The notes under the pieces were generated by a model. It had not been told where the DNA came from. It did no database searches and was given only the letters and a program-made list of their open reading frames with translations. 64,000 nucleotides of DNA, taken from contig NIVC01000051.1 of assembly GCA_002269645.1 (NCBI GenBank), positions 558,001 through 622,000 on the forward strand, given 5' to 3'. Made by a program: the position numbers and the translations under genes. Source of the DNA: Macrostomum lignano. Taxonomy: Eukaryota. This document shows, piece after piece, positions 57,750 to 64,000 of this stretch (its first letter is position 1; each line of letters opens with the position of its first letter).

Positions 57750-60700
57750 TCAGGAGCTGCTAGGGAAGGGCACAGATCTTGGATTGCCGTAGAAGCACAG
57801 GTAGCAATCCTCTAGCAGGCGGTTGCCCTGTTCTGGAGGCGGTGCGTTGCCTGTCTTGCCTTGAAGATCGCGAAGCCACTCTTCAAGGCCATCGACGCGG
57901 GTCACCTCCGGGATGTTGTAGCCATCGTTGCAGCCTGGTAAATTCAATCATTTATGAACTGGTTAGAATGGGGGGTGGCATAGGGATACATATGAAACAG
58001 AGATGGAATGGGGATGGGGATGAGTAGTAGGGGTTAGCAGAACACGGCCGACACGGCGGAGATAGGAGGCGGGGTAGTGCATTGGGATAGGAGGAGGCCG
58101 CCTATCTCTCAACATAGAGACGGTTAACACTGCAGAGATAGGAGGAGAGGCGGCCTATTTCTTTGTACTTGGGATGGTTAACACTGCAGAGATAGGAGGA
58201 GAGGCGGCCTATTTCTTTGTACTTGGGACGGTTAACACTGTAGAGATAGGAGGAGAGGCGGCCAATCTCTTTGTACTTGGGACGGTTAACACTGCAGAGA
58301 TAGGAGGAGAGGCGGCCTATCTCTTTGTACTTGGGATGGTTAACACTGCAGAGATAGGAGGAGAGGCGGCCTATCTCTTTGTACTTGGGACGGTTAACAC
58401 AGCAGAGATAGGAGGAGAGGCGGCCTATCTCTTTGAACTTGGGATGGTTAACACTGCAGAGATAGGAGGAGAGGCGGCCTATCTCTTTGAACTTGGGATG
58501 GTTAACACTGCAGAGATAGGAGGAGAGGCGGCCTATCTCTTTGAACTTGGGATGGTTAACACTGCAGAGATAGGAGGAGAGGCGGCCTATCTCTTTGTAC
58601 TGGGGACGGTTAACACTGTAGAGATAGGAGGAGAGGCGGCCTATTTCTTTGTACTTGGGATGGTTAACACTGCAGAGATAGGAGGAGAGGCGGCCTATCT
58701 CTTTGTACTTGGGATGGTTAACACTGCAGAGATAGGAGGAGAGGCGGCCTATTTCTTTGTACTGGGGATGTTCAGCACTGTAGAGATAGGGGAAGCGGCT
58801 AACTTTTGCACACAAAAAACAATTTTACTACCTGGACAAATAAGAAGGGGTGGCTGCTGCAGAGTAACTGCCTGGGGCCTGGATTGGCCTGGATTTAGCT
58901 GTTTTTTCTTGCATGCACTGTACAGTGTTTACTGGCTGGTCTTTGTTGCTTTACTAAGTGTACTTACTGATAATAGATAAGTCTATTGGGTCAATTACTG
59001 GACGCCATATATTGTACCTGGAAACATTTAGCATTCATTCAACTAACCCACTCCATCTTATCTCTGCAGTGTTAACCGTCCCCAGTACAAAGAGATAGGC
59101 CGCCTCTCCTATCTCTGCAGTGTTAACCGTCCCAAGTACAAAGAGATAGGCCGTCTCTCCTCCTATCTCTACAGTATTAACCGTCCCAAGTACAAAGAGA
59201 TAGGCCGCCTCTCCGCCTATCTCTGCAGTGTTAACCATCCTAAGTACAAAGAGATAGGCCGCCTCTCCTCCTATCTCTACAGTATTAACCGTCCCAAGTA
59301 CAAAGAGATAGGCCGCCTCTCCTCCTATCTATGCAGTGTTAACCATTCCAAGTACAAAGAGATAGGCCGCCTCTCCTCCTATCTCTACAGTGTTAACCGT
59401 CCCCAGTACAAAGAGATAGGCCGCCTCTCCTCCTATCTCTGCAGTGTTAACCATCCCAAGTACAAAGAGATAGGCCGCCTCTCCTCCTATCTCTGCAGTG
59501 TTAACCATCTTTATGTTGAGAGATAGGCGGCCTCCTACTATCCCAATGCACTACCCCGCCTCATACTCGTATCTCCGCCCTGTCGCCCTGCTTACCCCTA
59601 CTACTGGGATGGAATGGGGATGGCAAGGGGATGGGAATGAAATGGGAATTGGGGATGGAATGCAAGACGATGAGAGAGAGAGGATGCTGAGGCGGGCAGC
59701 TAGTCTGAACTCACCGCCCTCCCTATCGGCCATGCTATCGAAGAACAGCCAGTGGTTGGGCTCGGCCCGCAAGAAGCAGACGTAGTGGCTGGTGCAAATA
59801 CAGACAACAGCCAGCAGATCCATGACAGTCTGACTTTCAACCACCTCTCCAGGATTCTGATATTGCTCCAGGATATGCCTAGGATATTTAATCTTGATTG
59901 GCTCGTGCGTTTTTCCCTTTCTGTGATCCGCAAACGTCTTATAGCACGGTTCGCAATAAGTGTAGTCTCGGCCGGAGTCGTGCTTGAGAAAGCACTGATG
60001 ACACTCGATGGTGGCAAAGTTGCCGCAGATGTTGCAGGCCCTGGCGGTGTCCGGCAGCAGGTTGGTGATGTTCAACTGCAGCACTGGCAGGATGCGGTGG
60101 AACATTTTATATGACTTCCCAGATCGAGGCATCTGCAGAATCAGGCACTGCGGCGGCTCGCTAAACTGGATGTTGCTCTGGATTAGCGACAGGTGCAGCA
60201 GGGTCTCAGTGTCCGCGATGTGCTCGCGTGCACCAGTGGAATGCGGCTGCTGCTGCTGCTGTGGGAACGCAAATTATACAAGCGTTGCTGTCATGTCATG
60301 GCTTAAGGATGAGTTGCTGAGATGCTAATTAGCTTTAAGAGGAGTTGCTGAGATGCTAATTGGCTTAACCACTTGTCTACGACAGAATTCCTTCCCCACA
60401 TCTCTATCTTACCAAATGGCAAGCACTGCATGCCATAGACAATTTAGATCTGCGCTGTACACTTCGAATTTCAAAACAGTTGCTTTATTATGCACAGGCA
60501 AGAAAACGCTTTCTCAACAGGAGAAGTGACATCTTTGACTGGAGAATAGTCTATGGCCAACCTAGAAAAAAAGGCAAGAGGGAGGGAATACAGGCATGAA
60601 AAGTTAACTGCAAGAATTTTTACTGGTGCCTCCTTAGCTCACCACCCCAACTTACCAAATCTACAATGCAAGCGGTCAGACAGCGACGGCAAGCAGCCAA

Positions 60701-63491
60701 GCAAGCCTTGCGAAACTTGGGCCTCGACAGCGAATCGAGCGATGAGTCGAGCGATGACTCATTTTTCACTGCCGAGAGCGAGGGAGAGGACGGTGACGAA
60801 AATCAAGAAGGCAACGATGGACCGGAGGAAGACGATCAGGGAATGATGCACGATGATTGGAGATCAGTAACTCCAGAGACTGATGCTCGAGCTAATTCCC
60901 TTCCCGAGTTCCTCGGGGCAAGCGGAGTCAATCCGGGATTCTCCGTACCTGCTGATGTTGACGACGGCTGGACAGCCATTTTCGAGCAATTTTTACCCGA
61001 TGAGTTGCTGCTTCAGATGTGCATGTGGACAAACAAGAGAGCGCAGCTGGATATTGCCAAGTTTCAAGAAGAACACGGAGACGATGAACTGCCTTACGGG
61101 CTCAGAACGTGGAAGCCCTGCACTGTTTCTGAGATGAAGAAGGTGATCGGCGTTATATTATATACCGGAGTTGTACAGAAACCGGAGGTGACGGCTTACT
61201 GGTCCACGGACCCGTTTTACTTTCATCCCTACTTTCAAAGCATGAAGATGCTTCCTCGCTCGCGGTTTCAACAAATCATGTCATGGCTGCGTTGCTATGA
61301 CTGTCTTGACTTCGACGCTGGTGATCCCTTGTGCAAGATCAGGCCGTTCCTAGACATGGTCCAGACAGTTTGCAAGAACAGCTACCTGCCCGGTCAAAGC
61401 ATTGCCGTTGATGAAGCGCTGCTGCTCTATAAAGGGAGGCTGATTTTTAAGCAGTACATGCCCAACAAGAGAGCCAAGTTTGGCATCAAATTGTACTGCC
61501 TTGCAGAGTCTTCTACAGGCTACATGTGGAACTATCTGATACATTCAACCACCATTGCGAATGAACAGTTCGGCAACGATGTGCCGCAGCTCTCAATCAG
61601 TGAGAGAGTCGTCGTAGAACTTTGTCGCGACATTCTGGACCTTGGATATCGGGTCTTTTGCGACAGTTGGTTTTCATCGGTGCGACTGGCCAAGTTCCTT
61701 CTGACCAGAGGAACAACCTTAACTGGGACCGTTCGCAAAGACCGAGGCGTTCCACCGATTCTGCGAGATATGCTCTTGCAACCACCGAGTCATTCCTTTG
61801 CCCGACATGGTGACATCCTTGCTGTGAAGCTGGTTGACAGGCGAAGCTCAGGAACAAAGACGGTCTATCTGTTGGACTCCGCTTCAACGGCTGCTAGCTC
61901 TTTGGTTAGCCGGGTACTGCGCGGTGGTGTGGAGCAGCAGCTGCTGAAGCCCAACTCGGTTTTGCAATATAATCACAACATGGGAGGTGTGGATCGGATG
62001 GATGCCGCAGCCCAGCCTTACAGCGCATGCCGCCGAACGCACAAATGGTTCGCAAAGTTGGCGGTGTTTCTGCTACAGCAGCTGGTTCGCAACTCCTGGA
62101 TTGTGTACCGACATCTAGGTGGATCCATGAGCTTTCTCAGCTACACTGAAAGGTGTGTAAAGCACTTGATTGAAAGCAGCGGAAATGGTCGATCGAGAGT
62201 TAAGCGTCAGGCTCTTCCCCGTCAGCCAGGCGACATTCATCACCGGCTGGAAAAGCTACCCGCTACCGCAGCACAAGAACGGCCTACCAAGCGTTGCCGA
62301 GTTTGTTACCAGCGCAGACTGAAAAAGCGGACCGTCTACTTCTGCCAAGGCTGTGACGGTCAGCCTGGGCTTTGCCTGGAGCCGTGCTTCTTTGAGTGGC
62401 ACTCGGCTAACTGATTGCTGGCGCTTTGCTGAAACTGTAATCGAACTGTTGCTAAAATTATTTTCATTCACTTGCATGCAGCTTCATTTGCCCTTATGTT
62501 CTCAAGATTTACCTTTGTGCATGCAATGTATGTCGTTTTCTATTTGTTTTGTGACACTCCGACGCAGTATGACAATACAAACAGTTTTTTGGCCTTGGCA
62601 TGCATAGCATTCCATTTGGTTGAGTCAGACAATGATTCTGTCTAAACTCGCTTTCCCATCGACTTCAAATCTGTCTATGGTCAATTGACAGAATGAACGA
62701 TGGCATGCACAGCATGCCACTGGTAATCATAAGGTTAAGGAGGAGTTGCTGAGATGCTATTGGCTTAAGGAGGAGTTGCTGAGATGCCATGGCTCAATGG
62801 GGAGTTGCTGAGATGCCAATTGACTCAAGGAGGAGTTGCTGAGATGCCAATTGGCTCAAGGAGGAGTTGCTGAGATGCCATGGCTCAATGGGGAGTTGCT
62901 GAGATGCCAATTGGCTCAATGGGGAGTCGCTGAGATGCCAATTGGCTCAAGGAGGAGTTGCTGAGATGCCAATTGGCTCAATGGGGAGTCGCTGAGATGC
63001 CAATTGGCTCAAGGAGGAGTTGCTGAGATGCCAATTGGCTCAATGGGGAGTTGCTGAGAAGCCAAGGCTTAAAAGTCGGGAAGCTGATACCTTAGACCGA
63101 ATAACTTATGATACCAGGGACAGCGAAGGCGTTAGCAGTTTTACTCATACATATTACAATGTCAATAATAATAATAATACAACAATAGAAGCCAGGTTTA
63201 ATATCTGTTCGATTGCTAGTTCTGTAGCAAATACTTTTTTCAATATAAACTTGAATTAAAGTAATTTAGCTGAATTATACAGATAAAAGAATAAACTCAG
63301 TCAGATTTTAATAGTCGATTTTATTTAATTCAAAAGACACACCTGCTGTTGCTGCTTCTGCTGTTCGAAAGGCAAATCGGCCCGATCAAGAAACAGCTGC
63401 AGCACATGGGAGCTCTGCCCAGTGCTCAGTTTGATGAACGGCTCGTGACGGAGCGCGTGGTCCAGCAGCAGGTTGATGAACTCCTCGGGGT
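57750..63491 (-). CDS. CYLD: CYLD-like deubiquitinase, copy A, last three exons (5' part beyond the window)
   Basis: Exons 63491-63343, 60258-59715 and 57934-57750, paralogous to copy B; retains CICTSHYVCF and FFDSMAD. Confidence 0.9.
58023..59605. mobile_element. 1,583-bp gene-less foldback element with Polinton-type termini (candidate mini-Polinton)
   Basis: Starts AGTAGTAGGGGT, ends ACCCCTACTACT. 6-bp TSD GGGATG at 58017-58022 and 59606-59611. Arms are inverted arrays of a 54-bp unit (~12 left, ~9 right) around a ~250-bp spacer. Absent from the CYLD-B intron. Confidence 0.8.
60369..62734 (+). mobile_element. piggyBac-family transposon, 2,366 bp, TTAA TSD
   Basis: TTAA at 60365-60368 and 62735-62738, CC...GG termini, splits the host 31-bp array. 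Confidence 0.9.
60666..62414 (+). CDS. Intact piggyBac transposase, 582 aa
   Basis: Acidic N-terminus; DDD triad in AVDEA, FCDSWFSS and MGGVDRMD; C-terminal Cys-rich domain CRVC...YFCQGC...LCLEPCF...H. Confidence 0.93.
   Translation: MQAVRQRRQAAKQALRNLGLDSESSDESSDDSFFTAESEGEDGDENQEGNDGPEEDDQGMMHDDWRSVTPETDARANSLPEFLGASGVNPGFSVPADVDDGWTAIFEQFLPDELLLQMCMWTNKRAQLDIAKFQEEHGDDELPYGLRTWKPCTVSEMKKVIGVILYTGVVQKPEVTAYWSTDPFYFHPYFQSMKMLPRSRFQQIMSWLRCYDCLDFDAGDPLCKIRPFLDMVQTVCKNSYLPGQSIAVDEALLLYKGRLIFKQYMPNKRAKFGIKLYCLAESSTGYMWNYLIHSTTIANEQFGNDVPQLSISERVVVELCRDILDLGYRVFCDSWFSSVRLAKFLLTRGTTLTGTVRKDRGVPPILRDMLLQPPSHSFARHGDILAVKLVDRRSSGTKTVYLLDSASTAASSLVSRVLRGGVEQQLLKPNSVLQYNHNMGGVDRMDAAAQPYSACRRTHKWFAKLAVFLLQQLVRNSWIVYRHLGGSMSFLSYTERCVKHLIESSGNGRSRVKRQALPRQPGDIHHRLEKLPATAAQERPTKRCRVCYQRRLKKRTVYFCQGCDGQPGLCLEPCFFEWHSAN
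62739..63060. repeat. 31-bp minisatellite in the CYLD-A intron (continues at 60305-60368 on the other side of the piggyBac)
   Basis: Same unit as 34538-34760, ~13 copies in total. Confidence 0.9.
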
Positions 63492-63534
63492 CTGCGGTTG
63501 GTTTGAAAATGACATGAGAATAAAAAGGTATATC

Positions 63535-64000
63535 ATGTTTTCTGGGGATCTGGGAGAGAAGGGACTTAGTCTGGGGATCTGGGAGAGTAGGGACTTAGTC
63601 TGGGGATCTGGGAGAGTAGGGACTTAGTCTAAGGAACTGGGAGAGTAGGGACTCAGCCTGGAGATCGGGAAGAGTAGGGACTTAGCCTGAAAATCTGGGA
63701 GAGTAGGGACTCAGCCTGGAGATCGGGGAGAGTAGGGACTTAGCCAGGAGATCCGGGAGAGTAGGGACTCAGCCTAGGGATCTGGGAGAGTAGGAACTCA
63801 GCCTCAATCCTGAGGAGTAGGGACCCAGACTAAGGATGAGAGAGTAGCGACCCAGCCTAGGGATCTGGGAGAGTAGGGACTTAGTCTGGGGATATGGGAG
63901 AGTAGGGACTCAGCCTAGGGATCTGAGAAGGAGTAGGGACCCAGCCTATAGAGATCTGATAAACAGTAGGAACCCAGACTAAGGATCTGGGAGAGTAGAG
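63535..64000. repeat. ~30-bp minisatellite (TCTGGGAGAGTAGGGACTTAGTCTGGGGAT variants), runs off the window
   Basis: Degenerate tandem array; only ~2 units at the paralogous position 51590-51650. Confidence 0.88.

Noticed and set aside
58102-59540. 54-bp and 81-bp arrays as CRISPR arrays or repeat proteins
   Set aside because: No unique spacers, no cas genes, eukaryotic context; the ORFs are by-products of the repeat units.

Overview
Intron-rich animal genomic DNA with spliceosomal genes, SINEs and many minisatellites. The style resembles a flatworm such as Macrostomum, but that is a guess. Host genes, all on the minus strand: (i) a ~15 kb locus (1527-16637) built from two tandem [dynamin-like domain + degenerate kinase] modules of DSTYK-like layout, probably spliced into one protein; (ii) DNAJC3/P58IPK with two alternative last exons; (iii) an unassigned beta-propeller-like gene; (iv) two tandem CYLD deubiquitinase paralogues. 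The complete CYLD copy lacks its catalytic His codon and carries an intronic 16,149-bp Polinton/Maverick (adintovirus-like) element (35421-51569). The element has AGTAG...CTACT termini and a 6-bp TSD (GGATAA), and its empty site is visible in the other paralogue. It encodes PLA2, rve integrase, protein-primed PolB, adenain-type protease, packaging ATPase, major and minor capsid proteins and several orphans, many disrupted by frameshifts or stops. It also carries a textbook heat-shock element upstream of an intron-containing orphan gene. The second CYLD copy hosts an intact piggyBac and a 1.58-kb gene-less foldback element with Polinton-type termini and a 6-bp TSD (candidate mini-Polinton); a hAT-like MITE lies in its 3' flank. 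All calls were made by eye from motifs, splice signals and paralogue comparison; no database searches were run.
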